Made by a program: the position numbers and the translations under genes
In this document: piece after piece, positions 24,811-40,984 of the stretch
Layout of the letters: each line of letters begins with the position of its first letter
How positions within the stretch are numbered: position 1 is the first letter of the stretch
NCBI GenBank assembly: GCA_049724395.1
Contig: JAUGWO010000122.1
Coordinates: 62,001-126,000 of the forward strand
Source of the DNA: Spongospora subterranea f. sp. subterranea
Taxonomy: Eukaryota
Direction of reading: 5' to 3'
DNA: 64,000 nt
The notes under the pieces: generated by a model
Told to the model about the DNA's origin: nothing
Seen by the model: only the letters and a program-made list of their open reading frames with translations
The model's database searches: none

Positions 24811-27800
24811 ATGGAGGATGAGGATCCAGGGATGTTCGATGCATATGACGAAGATATGGACCAGTTAATGATGGAGATCTGCCCCGTTCCAGGTAGTACC
24901 GAATCACGAGGTACCCTCCGAATCCCTCCTGACGTTGTGTCGCTGAAGATGCTCATTCTGGGTTGACAGCGCCTCCTGGGTCGGACGAGGAGCTGGAACA
25001 ACTTCTCAATGAGCACTGTCCTATAACAGGTAATTTACACTTCACTCACTAGATCGTCACTGTATTTTTTTTGTTCCTTGAAGGTGATGATATGCGTAAT
25101 CGTAACGTCGTGACTGTCGTTAGCAACAGTAGTAGCTTTGCTGTGCGACTTTGTTACCGTTTCATCGGCTGCATTTCATCACTTGAGGCCTCTTTTACGT
25201 CACCTTAAAGACACCGTTGTCGCTCTCGTATAACTCTATCAAATGTTTATCAGCTCTTTCCAGTACACATGATATCAGCTCTCTAATCGTCAATTGCAGG
25301 CGCACCAAAAACTCCTCCGCGGAAGGGAAAACGGCTTGATTTCCGTTCGCCAGAACAAAAGTCATGTCTGGTGGCGAAATCTTCTGTAAAGACAGGAGTT
25401 AATTTAGCCACAAGCGCTACAACGAGTTCGGGGTTGGAAGGCAGAACTGCTACCAGGCAGAATGTTCCTGATATAATTTGCAATGACGTTGATGGCTTTG
25501 ACGGAGGCAATGACCATGAGAGAGATTGGCTTATCGCAAATGTCAGCAACGATACTGGGAACTCGTTTGCTAATCAGCGCCACAATCGGGGCAACCTCGC
25601 TTCATCACTTCGATTGTCTTTTCCGTGACACATCGTGTATCAAAATGGTCCCTTCAGATGGTAATTATGAATGGTTGTTCAGTGAGCGCTCGTTCGCCTC
25701 GTTAAAGCGACTGCCCGGGACGAATAATTTCTTGACGCTAACATCATCCAGAACCTGTAGTGGCCAGGGTATTGTTTCAGCTTCAACAATCTCAGTTTAT
25801 TCCATTTTCACCGTAGAGACCCGTCTTTATCTTCTCACATCAACTCCGGACCAATACGCCGCCAGAATTCAGAATTCGTCTCGCAAGCATTTACGAGAAG
25901 CAAATTTCTTGGCTGAACCAATTGCCGCATTATACGAGAAGCTAGAAATCAAGGTAATTACTTTGTGACGAAAGTACGGGTAGTTTAAAGATCTGTCTGC
26001 TTGATACAACTTAGAGGGTAGAAGCTCTGAATCGAGCGGAAGAGGCAAGTCTTGCACTCGTGGCAGAGCTAATGGCCGAGAATCAGGAAAGCGAAGAAAT
26101 TGCTGCTTCAAGAAAACGTCACATAGACGGTATTTGTGTTCTACCAATATTTTTGAAGGCCTACCAACATTGTCTCGCTTTTACAGAAACGGCAACGATT
26201 CGTCCTAAACTTTGGGTTGACAAATATTCGCCAAATTCTTTCATCGATCTACTCAGTGACTCGGTACCTCTTGTGAGTTGATGTGTTTTACTGTTTTCAA
26301 AAGGTGAAATAGCGTATCAACCGCGAGGTTTTGCAATGGGTTCAAGCATGGGATCCGATTGTGTTCGGACGCCAACCTGCTGCCCGACGGAAACAACCAG
26401 AAGTTAAAGTATCACAGCATCCTTTTAATTCTAGATCGTTTCCGAACAAGAGGGTAGTGTTGTTTGTTGATCTACCGTTTGCTAATCGCCAATGATTAGG
26501 CTCGTCCAGCGCCATGGATTCCGTTCAATCCCGGCAAAGAGCGCGCGCCGGACCAGAAACAGGATGATCACCGTCCGTATCCTCGTGTATTGCTCTTGGC
26601 TGGTCCACCTGGGAGTGGCAAGACTACACTAGCTCATGCTGTTGCACGACATGGTATATTTAATGTTTCCAGTATGTGGGGTTCTGAATCCTACCTTCCA
26701 GCTGGGTATAACGTGACGGAAATCAACGCTAGCGATGATAGGTACATAGCACCTATCAGATCGATAATGCTAAATTATTGAAACACGAATCAGGTCAGCG
26801 ACTACATTGCGAACTAAAATTATTCGCGCAGTGACGATGCAGTCGTTGCTGGGATCCAAAAAACCTAATTTAGTTATTCTGGACGAAATCGATGGTACGT
26901 TTTACATTCGCAATGTAAGCACGTCTGTGCATGTTTTGTCTGTTAACTGCTTCTATTTTCCCAGGTGTTGATGACGCTAACGCCATACGCTGCGTTATTG
27001 ACATTGTTAACGACAACGTTTCATTGGCACCTCGTCGTTCTAAAGCAGCAATTGGCATTTTAAAACGACCTATTATTTGCATCTGTAACGATCTGTAATA
27101 ATCAAAGCAACCTGATGACGCAAAAACAATCGCCTGAGTTTGCCTACAAATAGGTATGCGAAGTCATTACGGCCGCTAAGAGCGGTCGCTCTTGTATACA
27201 CGTAGTACTGGACCGCATTCGTACCATCACTGTTTAAACTTCGAAAACCTTAGTTTCACACAGCCAACATCATTGGCGCTCCAGCAACGAATATCGCAAA
27301 TATGTACCAGCGACAATTTGCAACTCGAAGGCGCAGCACTTCGCTATATATGCGAGCAATCGCGCAATGATCTTCGCTCCGTTTTGCAAACAATGCAGTT
27401 CATGGCCGCCAATGGTATCAACTGTTGCAGTCGACATCTACGCATGCCCCTTATATTGGATTAGCGCGGTTATCTCAATGCTCAAGGATTTCGTACAAAG
27501 ATGCGTTATCATTATGCAATAATTTCAAGGATCTGTCATCAAATCAGGCTGATATTTTAAAATCAATATTTATTCGTGTAAGAATCTGAAATCTACGTGA
27601 TCTTCGTTCTGAATTCTTCGCAGGGCGGGAAATTGATAGAAATTATGGATGGATTTTCAGCACATAAAGACGCGACTCGTATTGTTGAGGCTTTGTTCGA
27701 GCATTATGTCGATATTCCTTATTCTGATCCGACTCTGGTGAAGGTACGCATTCAGATATAGCTTTCGGTTCGTTATGGTTTCCATTTGATGTGTTCATTT

Positions 27801-28902
27801 CTATAGACGCAGTCGGTTTCAGAATGGTTCAGCGTCGTCGATGTCCTTACGCATCAAATATTCAACCGACAACACTTTTCAATGTCGCGTTATTCGGCGC
27901 TTATTGCCGGTAATATCAATTATTTAGCCGCGTGCATTCCTAACATAACAGCCTTCAGGAGCCGTGAATTATAATTGCAGCGTTCGCCACGTAACACATG
28001 ACGCCTCCGGTGTGATGCTCAGTTAACAGTTTTTTAGGTCCCTAAATTGCGTCCATCTAAGCAGTCTTTTGATCAGTTCAAAAGCCTTTCCGAGCATAAG
28101 TATGATGATTTTCTCTATTCGGCGAAGTATCTACAATTGTTATCTCCAGGGATATAATTCAACAGTTTATGTCTGGAATCGGAAGACGATTTTCTGAGGC
28201 GATTGTAATCACCTATCTTATTCCTTACCTTCATAAGATCATTGCCCCCAGGTATACTGACAAACTAAAAAGAGAAATTATTCGTCAACAACGTTGATAG
28301 GTGTTTAAGAGGCGAGGCGTCATTCGTCAACAAAGAGGATGACAAAATGGTTTCTCGTGTCGCTGATGTAATGAAATTCTACCACCTAGATTACTCACCT
28401 GTTTCTGATGTCGACAAAGGACTGGTACTGGGCTTTTGCGTTTCATTGTGGACCTTTAATCACATGTTTCCAGGTCACAAAGGAACTTCAACCAAATATT
28501 GCTGTGCTCTGTACATATTCTATGGCGGATGGGCAAAAAGCTCAGCACTCGATGCCGCTGGTATGTGATAATACTGCCTGTTAATGATGCTTAATTTAAT
28601 TTTATAGGTTTGGGTTGAGCGAATTTCTCGTTGCTTATCTACGACTATGCATTCCATCAGTCAACCCGCTAAGGAAGTCGCCCCGCAGGGACCGGTTTAA
28701 TTCTTCTGAGGTTGTTCATGAGTGAAACATTGACGGAGATTTCTAGGATGCGGCTGAGGTCAAACTGGGCTGGCAAGGGAGTTTCCATGTTGGGGGTAAC
28801 AAGACGAATCAATCGGTTTTACCTCCTATCCGATTCCGGCATCAGGAAGGTTTTTCTCAGGCTGTACGCCGACCTGTTCCCATCGAAGTATTTTTTAGTT
28901 AA
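24811..28902 (+). CDS. CHTF18: Chromosome transmission fidelity protein 18 (alternative RFC large subunit), many exons
   Basis: [15 protein letters not shown], Walker [42 protein letters not shown]-terminal [11 protein letters not shown]. Confidence 0.92.
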
Positions 28903-29022
28903 AGCAGTGTATTTTGTGTACGACCGTCCTGTCCGAAGTAGTGTTTGTTGAGGGCCCGTGATAGGGTTTAAAACTTCCAGAGTTTAGTACCATCAATGTG
29001 AAACTCATTTTGAAGGCTTTCA

Positions 29023-32000
29023 TTAAATAGCGAACGGGTTTCCGGCACCAAGGGTGTTTAGCGTCTCTGCTAGGTCTTGGACGTCGGAGATCGGCGGGCG
29101 GCAAACAAAGGCAGCACAAACATGACATGATGCTCTCCCTTCTGTTGGAGGCCAACGTAATCCCTGAACAAGTGTTATTACGGTATCACAGTCTGTAACT
29201 TTGACCTATGGTATACTTGGACGGTACTGTTAAACTTCGAGAAATAATCGTGTGCCTCCTGGGGAGGTGATGAGAAGTACTGTCTTCGACGGCATATATC
29301 GACGATGAGCCTCGCATAGGAAAGCCTCCAGACATGGAGAATTAGCTATCAAAAAATCTTGAACATTAACATCCACTACCTTAACATTGGGATCCTCCCT
29401 TGATGACCCTAAAACGACGATTTTGATTCCCGAGGCTGTCCCGCCAGCAAACATAATGCTGTTGGCGACTAAAAGAGGAAGCGCACTTGGAGTTTCAGAG
29501 GCAACTGGTTGGGCCCAAAACCATAAGGCACTAAGAGGAAACATTGATCTTTGCTGCATATGGTTGCACACATATTGTTTACCTCGCTGCTTTAAAGTAA
29601 TCGCGTTCGTTTTCAAAAATTGTACCGAGGCGAGCAAGGTTACTTAGGGCAATTGTGTTAGGTGACGGTTCCGCCCCATCCGATATCTCAGGAACCTGTA
29701 AAATTACACTCCGATCGTCGCTAGGGTCACTGCTAAGATAGCTAGATCGATATCACATGAATGCCGGAATTAACATAGATCCGTGCAGGATTTCACCTGT
29801 TGTTTCGTTTGAATTTACAATCCATTATTGATTGTAAAGCAGTAGCGAATTCAACATTCCTAAACTCGCCTGAGGCCTGATATAAATCCAAGGATGCTGC
29901 AATGGTAAAAGCGTAATCATCGGCGAAGCCGAAAGGCCCAAGGACATGTCCTGCGCATGATTGAGATTACGTTCGGGATCAGCCATATGTTTACCGGGCG
30001 CGCTACTCGGTTCATTGCCGGCGAAAAACCGTATGCTACGATAGAGGGTTAAACTACCGGAGTCGTCTGTTTTTACCAAGTATTGTTTCAGCACATTCAT
30101 GCCGTTTTGAGCAGCCTGTACAGAGCATTAAACCGGCTTGAAGACTGTACACGTAAACTTGCCGTTAGATAATCACGCTTATTGGTGCAGTTGCTATACG
30201 CAAATGCCATGTGGCATTGTGCCATTGCTGATATCATCATCCCGTTCCTAACAAACATGTTGCTAAATCATCAATGCAGTCCTATGTACATACCACGATG
30301 TTATGATCTTATCGTCAAGCAGTGGTGTCGGGCGTGCCTCCCGACGGTAACTTAACAATTTTCTTCTGGATTCCAAAAGAATGCTTTCTATTTCGTCCTG
30401 ACCCGAGTATCAGATATTATTTCTGGATATAAACGAGTCCTAACCTGGCCCTTGTTGAAATGTTCAGCAGTGGTCAAGTTTGGGTTATTACCTGTCTCAA
30501 TTGGTATATTGAGACCAATGAATTCACCATGTGGATCACTGCGAGGCGACAAATCACAATTTCCATTTTCCTGTCCTTACAAATTTAACGCTTCATTAGG
30601 TAACGCTTCATTAGGGCGACAAGTTTACGACTGACTTTGATTCGGAAATGATAGCAGAATATATTGCCTGCATCAACTCCGAGAACATTCATGATTTCGG
30701 ATTTACTCAATACATAGTATGCGCCTTCTTTCTATTGCCAAACGTCAGTATTGCTTCAACGACTACAATGCCGGTACCGGATGGGTAGCATTGAAGTCTG
30801 GCAAACTATCGGCGTCCTGTGCCGAATAAAATCCTCCAGATTCATGGCACATATCCCGCATAATCTGAGCGTTGCTCGTCAATGGAACTACACTACATCT
30901 CTTAGCGCGTCTTACATAATCGTAGATATTGCTTGCGATGTCGGCATAAAACTGGTCATGCGTTATCTGATAAGCGGATGCAAAACATTGCAAGAGCTGC
31001 GCATTATCGTAAAGCATCTTCTCGAAGCTGAAAACCTACTGTAAGAGGAATCGCTTCAAAAAAACTGAAAAAGCTTACTGTGGCACATGCCAGAATTCAT
31101 CAACGGAATACTGCACGGAACTACAGTTCAGCATTAAACATCTTCCAGAACCTGAATCTTACCCGACAAAATCCGCCTCCGATATGGTCATGGATTCCGC
31201 CTTGTGCCATCATCTTCATTGAATAAAGTGCCATCTCCAAGCAGGATCGGCTGTCGGAGTCGTCTAGAAGTCCAGAAATGCCCAACGTAAACAAACTTTG
31301 AAGCTCCGCGGGACGAGGAAACTTAGGAGCTCGACTAGAAAATTAAAAAATGAGGGCAAGCTTTTGATGGAAACGAAACTAAGAATGTTATTGTGACCTG
31401 AAACCTCCAAGAGTCCTATCAAATTTGAGGTTGAACTGATTAAACAAGCGTAGAGCTACTTGTTTCGTCATATCATCCGAAACTGGCGAGACGGTGGCCG
31501 AGTTGTCTCCTTGCCCATCAATATTGGTTTTCAACAAATTCAGGACACTACGAGCTTTCCCTTCAATCGTTGATGAATCCTGTGGGAAACCATCAAAGGA
31601 GTTGATTATCAGTTGATTAAAGGTGAAATTGAGGTTCGATGACAAACACCCAACCAAGTTAGCTTACACGTTGCCAAAATTCGTGGACGCGTTCCAATAT
31701 CGTGGAAAATCCTGTCTGCCCTCGACTATCATCGGGTGGCATATACGTTCCGCCAAGAAAGGGATGCAACTCCGGTGTAAGAAAGACGCTCAACGGCCTA
31801 GCGAACACGTGAGAATTGAGTTAGCATTCGCGTTCAATACAATACCATCCTCCTGAACCAGTCGTCGCCTATAAAAGTAAAAAACGGTCATCGTTATTGC
31901 TCATTGATATATTATTCGCAAAGTTGAAAGACCTGAACATAGCTCATATAGACGCGATCGATATCCGGCCGTTCCTCTTTATCCACTTTGATATTAATGA

Positions 32001-32528
32001 AATACTTGTTCATTACTGCAGAACTTTTTATCTACAACGTACTTTCAACTGACTGAACCGTAACATACGTTTGGCGATTCGGTCATTCTCGAAGGATTCC
32101 CGTTCCATAACGTGACACCAATGACACGATGAATACCCAATTGATAAAAATATCCTGAACACATTCTCGAAATTACAGCCCATCCATCAGCAAAGATTTC
32201 AAACTTAAAAATACAGTTCGCCAGACAACACCTTTCACTACTGAAAATGTCAAACCATTATGTCTGCCCGGCAACAAGTGAACATATTTCGCTAAGAAAA
32301 CTAGAAGTCCAAAAACAGTAATATATATGGGGGGACAATTTTTGGTGCTGATTACGGTTTTTGCTGAGCTTTGGCTAAATCATGAGCTTCTTTGCTCCAG
32401 GGAAACCAATGGACCGGGTTCTGTGCATGCGCTAAGAGATATGGGCTACTGGTGCAAGACGATAGTGAATTAGATGCGCTATAGGGTGTCACTCCTGGAC
32501 CAGACGACGACGACGATGAGCTAGACAT
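29023..32528 (-). CDS. SPATA20: SPATA20/YyaL thioredoxin-like + six-hairpin glycosidase-like protein, many exons
   Basis: [73 protein letters not shown]-terminal [15 protein letters not shown]. Confidence 0.93.
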
Positions 32529-33455
32529 TGCTCGTATACAGGACCGATGCAGGCCGAAAACCACGAAAGAACCTCGCAATGATGACGACCTCAGACTACA
32601 CCCGCAGTCGCGATCCAGAAGATAATGATCGCCGTAGGAAATCCATGATCGGTCACGAACGACTCGATCATATGAACATTCCGCATCAATATTGATCCAT
32701 TTAATTTGACTTATCGCTCCAGCGAACATTTTATGGAATCGATTACGTTGCCGAATACAGAGATGTGTACTGCATGACGCGACTGTGTAGCAACAACAAC
32801 ACCTGCTGTGAAACATATCACATGGCGAACGTCACATTCATCGCCACGTTTCCAGGTTATGATCACCACTGAGCACAGGGTTATCTGTACGATCCCGCAC
32901 CAACAACAGCTATTGAACAAGACCATGCAGAGCGTCACGCATTGCTTGAAGCCATCATACACGGTTGTTCTGCAGGCGTTTAGGCTTTCATATTGATGGC
33001 CAGCGAAGCGTATGAATTGGGCCTGGATGCCGCTGCTGCAAAGAAAAAGTTAAAGATGTTGCTAATCGCCTCATTAGATGAACACATTCATGGACTGGGT
33101 GGATCAACTCCAGCAATACGGATGACCATGATGTTGAAGATGATTGCTTTCTGTACGGCCTTGATCCAGCGAAAAAAGTCATGGATTGATTGACTCTGCT
33201 TTTTAAAATCCTTGCTGCATTCCGCACCTCACAACAGGCCCATAAAAACCCATATTGAATGAATCATCAGATACGAAAACTCCCCGTCCAAGTGCCCTTA
33301 TGTTACGTTCGCCATTTCAATACGATCAGTGACTACACAGCACGACAGTATTACCCCCCATTTTAACGGTGCTGTATTCCCTTGTTTCATTGTCGTTTCA
33401 CAAGTTCCGTGTTGCGCAACCCAGTGATAATTCAGTAAAAGGGGTCCCAGCAGTC

Positions 33456-34450
33456 ATGTTCATTCGTAATTTCTTCAAAACAGCTCAGCGGCGCTTGCTG
33501 ACGTCTGATGCGGTTCAGAAGATGGAGGTGATTCCCATTCCGATTTTGGAGGATAATCTCTGCTATCTGGTTGTGGATCGTCAGACCCGCATGACGGCTG
33601 TCGTTGATCCCGCCGAACCCGCCGCCGTTTTATCCTATTGTAGCGACAACAAGCTTCCCATTCCTACACAAATATGGACCACGCATAAACACGCCGATCA
33701 CTCGATGGGAAATGAGTTTTTCCACGAAAACTACCCGGAAGCGGTAATATATGGCGGGGCCGGCGACAAGGTCCCCTATTCCAATAAGGAAGTCTCAGAG
33801 GGGGATCGGTTCAGTCTAGGATTGATTCAGGTTAGGGTTTTATCAACGCCTTGCCATACAATGGGCCATGTAATGTATCTGGCTGGATATCATGGTCGCC
33901 ATTGTTTATTCACTGGTGACACTCTGTTCATTGCTGGATGTGGCAGGTTTTTCGGTCAGAGCCTGTGTCGGCGTCTGTTTATAATGTAAATAACTTTTCT
34001 TTGCAGAAGGAGGACCTGACGATATGCATCAAAACCTATCCAGGGTACGGGGATTCTCGCGCTCGTCCAGCACCGCCCTGGAAATCAGTTTCTTGTATTA
34101 GGTAGCTGAGTTATCGCCAGACACCGAGATATATTGTGGTCATGAATATACGGTCAGTAATTTGAATTTCGCTCATGCAGTCGAACCGGACAACCAGGAC
34201 GTAAAGTCCAAGCTGGAATGGGCAGTCAATTGTCGTCAGAGAGGTGAGACAACAGTTCCATCTACCGTTCGTGAAGAATTGCTGTTCAATCCGTTTATGC
34301 GAGTCGACACAGCTGGTGTGCGACAATATACTGGCAACCTGCGGTAAAACGTTTGGCTTGTTCGGTATCACACGGTCTAATCGTTCCGACAGGGGTCCCG
34401 TTCAAACAATGAAGAAACTACGGGAAATGAAGAACAACTGGAGAGGCTGA
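33456..34450 (+). CDS. HAGH: Hydroxyacylglutathione hydrolase (glyoxalase II) with probable mitochondrial presequence
   Basis: TTHKHADH metallo-beta-lactamase motif, TPCHTMGH, LFTGDTLFIAGCGRFF, CGHEYT, PSTVREELLFNPFMRV. Confidence 0.95.
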
Positions 34451-34974
34451 GCTGGTGTTGCAATATACAAAACTCAATTAAACCGAGGATTTTGCTGTAC
34501 AAACGTTGTTCGCAATGCATTGGTCTTTGCCTTCTACTGAATATGACTGCATATGCGCATTTTGAGAGGTTAACGATGTTGTAGACATACCGTTGCTAAC
34601 TGGCACTTTGCCTCGCCAAGTGTTTTTCACCGTTGCACCCAAGACACCTACCGGTCTCTGATTTGCCAACGTGAGAGGCTGCAGCTGATTGTTCCGATTT
34701 CACAGAATACCCTTCACTCATTCATTTTGTTTCCCGCAGAAAACCGATTCCGCTATCAATGCTGATTATGTTTGAACCCGTTATTAGTGCCGATTCATTG
34801 GAAAGGCGATGCCAGGCTAATTTGCTGCGATTATGTAATTATGCCATCCTCTCTAAACCGATTGATTATTCCCGGACCTGATGTCATTTTACTGTTGGGG
34901 GCGCATTATCGCCCGCCAGAAACGGGAACGGGGTGTGGTGCAAAACCCAATAGTGGCCTGCCATCAATTACCCA

Positions 34975-37733
34975 ATGAAATCTCTCTGGAGATTCGGGCT
35001 CGGTTTGCCGGGCAGGCGTAGAGTCGGGTATCGCGAGCATTCGACCGACACCTTGTGCCGTTATGTTGGCCCGTATCGCAGCCATTATCTGGACCAGGTT
35101 CAGCATGCCCAACCGGGATCGAAGGTATTACCCCAGTTCAATTTTTCACCTACGAACTGACCCCCGGGTTTAATTTAATAATACAAAGATGTCGAGATTT
35201 CACGATTTATGTTGATATTCCACATTCTATTGCCAATTTTACAATTTCTCACCTAAGGCTTGTTTTGGTTCAAAATCTACACCACATTTACTTTTAATTT
35301 GAAATCTGATCGGTGGTTGCTGTGCTCATGTTTAGATCACAATTTGTGGGATCGTATCGTCTATTCGTCCATTAGGCCACATTACCTTCATCATCTTGTC
35401 GGACCATTCGGGCAATCAGGTCCAGGTCGCTTGGCGTCGTCCCCCGCCCGATTCATCGTCATCCGGAGTCGACCTAATCTGTCGCCGGCTTAAACTCCAC
35501 TCGTTCTGCTCAATCACCGGCGAGGTCGACTCCAATGAATTCAGAATGTCGTCGATTGACGTGCTGAGCACGCCCATCGCTAAGCGTTGGCCGTTACGCG
35601 ATGACACCAATGAGGATGTGGCGTTACGATGGCGCTTTCTCCAGTTACGTCGGCCAGAGCTGCAGCAACGATTACGGTTGCGTTCTAGAGCCGGACACGT
35701 CCTGCGCTGTTTCCTACATGATAGAGATTTCGTTGAAGTCGAAACTCCAACGCTGGTCGCGTCCAGTCCTGAGGGCGCACGAGAGTTCCTGGTTCCAACT
35801 CGACGACAAGGACATTTCTTCGCTCTGGCACAATCACCGCAACAGTTCAAGGTTCAACATTATTTTATCCCGTCTTCTTCAGGGGCTTTTTTAAGCGTGA
35901 TTTGTTTTGAACTCAATTACGATGCTGTTATTGCTACGTTTTTCTGCCAATTTGGGAGAAAATCGACATCAAATCAGTATTTGCGTCAGCCTTTCTGTTT
36001 TGTTTTGCTCCTGTATTTCGTCATTGCATTGTTCCGTTGAGGTTAAATGGTTTCTCGGAATGTGTAAAGTTTTATCCAGTATCGATTGTTTGTTACCTAA
36101 TTGTTTTCGATTTGCAGCAATTGTTGATGATGGGTGGATTCGAACGGTATTTCCAGTTCGCGCGCTGCTTTCGCGATGAAGACGGGCGCAGCGACCGGCA
36201 GAGTGAGTTCACACAGGTCGACCTGGAGATGGCGTTTATCTCACGTCGAGAGATCATGTCGCTGACAGAGGATATGATCCGGGACCTGTCGCGCCGATTG
36301 CCGGAACTTGATCTGAGGTTCCCGGAACGGGTTCCAGTGCTCACCTACGAGTGCGTCATGAGCATGTTCGGAACCGATAAGCCCGATCTCAGGATTCCTT
36401 ATATGGAGATTACAACACCTATCAGGTAATTTGCCCCACAGGTTCCACAGTTCCTTCACTATTCTGGTTGCTGACGGTGCTGATACATTGCTGTTCGGCT
36501 GAGCAATGATTTGTTTTCTTGTTATTTTCATGCCGCCCTGAAATGTGTTGAGAAGTTTCAGATTTGCTGTACTTTTCGGATTGACCACATGTTTCTTTGC
36601 CGGGTCGTTCACTTCCATTGTCATCTTTACTTTACGGATATCCGACGTAGGAGTTGAACAATCACTCTTCAAAATTCTCAGGAAAACTCAATTTTGCGAT
36701 TACTTTTTCGTTGCGGTACTTCTTTTTGCAGAATTGTAGTTGATATCAGTTAAGAACATTTTGCCTCATCAACGAGTTGCTGTGCTGAATCCTCTCTGTT
36801 GTTTAGATGGCTGGAAGGGCATAATTTGCCTAAATGCCGATAATCATCTGAACCACTTCGGAAACGAGCAGGTTTTGATAGTCAGCAACACATCGACCAA
36901 CATTCCGGACGGATTATCAATTCCGTTATTATCAGCAGGTGATGTCATGATATTGTCGAGAAAAACTTATTGAAGCTGGGCCAATTACGGAATCTGGCGG
37001 CGGCTTCCCTCGTCAACGCCAAGTGTCTGGAGCTATTTCCGACGCGGTGGCTATGGGTCACCGACTTCCCAATGTTCGAGGCGGATTCCCGCGGCGCATT
37101 ACAAGCAGTTCATCATCCATTTACTGCTCCCATTGATAGCGACGCCTTCATCGCTGCTGCCAACAGCAACGATGAGCAATCCCTCTTGTTGGAATCTCCA
37201 ATCGGCACGTTGTACTGTTGCTAACGGTGGGCTTTCAGGGCGCTTCGAGCGCAATCCTACGACTTGGTCGTAAACGGCATTGAAATCGGCGGCGGATCGA
37301 TTAGAATTCACCGAGAAGATATTCAAAAAATGTTTCTTTACTTGAAATAGTCTTCGCAACGTCACTGACTTTAGAGTTCAGGGTTTTCAGCACGATCTCA
37401 TCTAAGGAGTCGGATTTTTCGCCGCTTTTAGAAGGGCTTCATCATGGCGCGCCACCGCATGGAGGAATCGCCCTCGGTTAGATTGCATGCGTTGTGGCCG
37501 GTTTTTTGCTGCTCAAGTTTCTCGCTGCTTCAGGTTTCGACCGATTACTGTCTGAGTTCCCTCTTCCGGCAAATTCATTACGCGACGCCATCGCCTTCCC
37601 GAAGTCGTCCCATGGGAAAGATTTACTGATGAAATCACCCGCGACGTTGCACAATTCAGAGCAGCAGCTGAACCCATTGGGGCTTTGTCTACAGGGCCAC
37701 AGCGGTTTAAAATCTTGTAATATAGTTGCATAG
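34975..37733 (+). CDS. DARS2: Bacterial-type (mitochondrial) aspartyl-tRNA synthetase, multi-exon
   Basis: [123 protein letters not shown]. Confidence 0.95.
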
Positions 37734-38056
37734 TGTCGCTCAACTGCGCTGATGACGATTGCGATAATGTATCAGTATAATGTAGCCGGGGATCGCGACG
37801 ATTAGAATGCCAACCACAATGATGAACGCTAAGTCGTCGGATGACATATTTGCTCATGCGATATCCTCGGGGTTCGGTCGTTCATCCCCGAAAACTGTTC
37901 GAGAACTGCGTTCCCAGATGAATTTTTCGAAAGCTTTCTGAAAACGAGATGTTTGTGTTGAATCCATGTTTTTTGCAGAAAGCCGCAAAATTACAAGTGG
38001 GTTTGGGAATGTTGTGAAACGGTACTCTATGCATAGTTTATAATAATCCAATCGAT

Positions 38057-40033
<1,977 letters not shown>

Positions 40034-40533
40034 TTATCAGACAACAAGTCAACCGCACGACCTTCGGAGATGCCGGCAAATGCCAGAAAGGGTTTTGGAG
40101 CTTGTTGAAGCCCGTGTGTACTGTACCACTTTCAGAAACAATCAACTTCATCATGACCCGTTGATCGCACCCGAGTCCGTATGTGGCGCAGCCTTCATAA
40201 TGCAAGTACGGAACCCTCTATTCTGTCAGGCGCGATCATTCCTCTCTCCAATCTCTGTTTTTCAACTGTTGAAACTTGAATGGATATCACACTCAGATAT
40301 CCATGATACATGAACACGTACAGTTCACGATTTACGACAGTGGCAGTCGTTCATTATTCATTACTGCAACATGACTGGCTACTGAGTTCGCGACTTGTTT
40401 ACGTGTTTTGTAGTTAACAATAGTCGTTTTGTTCCAATGTCGCTTATTCAGTGGGGCTGAAACTTAACAACGGCGACATGGAGACGACGAAGCAAACAAT
40501 AACTCGCACTGCAAAAGTACAACGCTTGATCGG

Positions 40534-40984
40534 GGAAAAGTACGAAACAAAGACATTATCTACTACCGAGGCCGAATTTATGGCTGCATGTGACGCCGCA
40601 AAAGTAGCAATCTGGCTACAAGACCTCTTAGCTGATTTACATATCATCACATACAAGACATCCATCCTCCACCAAGATAACCAAAGTGCGATGTTCTTCC
40701 AAACGAACGACTATTTTTCAAGTCAAGAACTAAACATATAGACATCAAATACCATTTGATCCGGCCTTCCTTGATCTTTTTCCGGATAAGATGGTAACAT
40801 ATCTCGTATGGAGAGAATATCGCACCTTGGTTATCTTTGTGGAGAATGGATGTCTTGTGTGTGATGATATGTAAATCAGCTAAGAGGTCTTGCAGCCAGA
40901 TTGCTTCTTTTGCGGCATCACGTGCAGCCATATATTCTGCCTCGGTAGTAGATGAGGTTACTGCTGTTTGTTTCGTACTTTTCC
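40534..40984. mobile_element. Two tail-to-tail Ty1/copia RNase H fragments forming an inverted repeat
   Basis: STTEAEF/YMAA.DAAK.AIWLQDLLADL...DNQ(S/G)A and RTKHIDIKYHLIR; arms 40534-40697 and 40814-40984. Confidence 0.9.

Noticed and set aside
32580..33200. Possible small gene between SPATA20 and glyoxalase II
   Set aside because: No consistent exon chain or motif could be built
40380..40520. Additional weak hairpins (also ~57945-58046, ~58640-58965 and 42486-42526)
   Set aside because: Helices are short or not fully nested and cannot be distinguished from chance without computation
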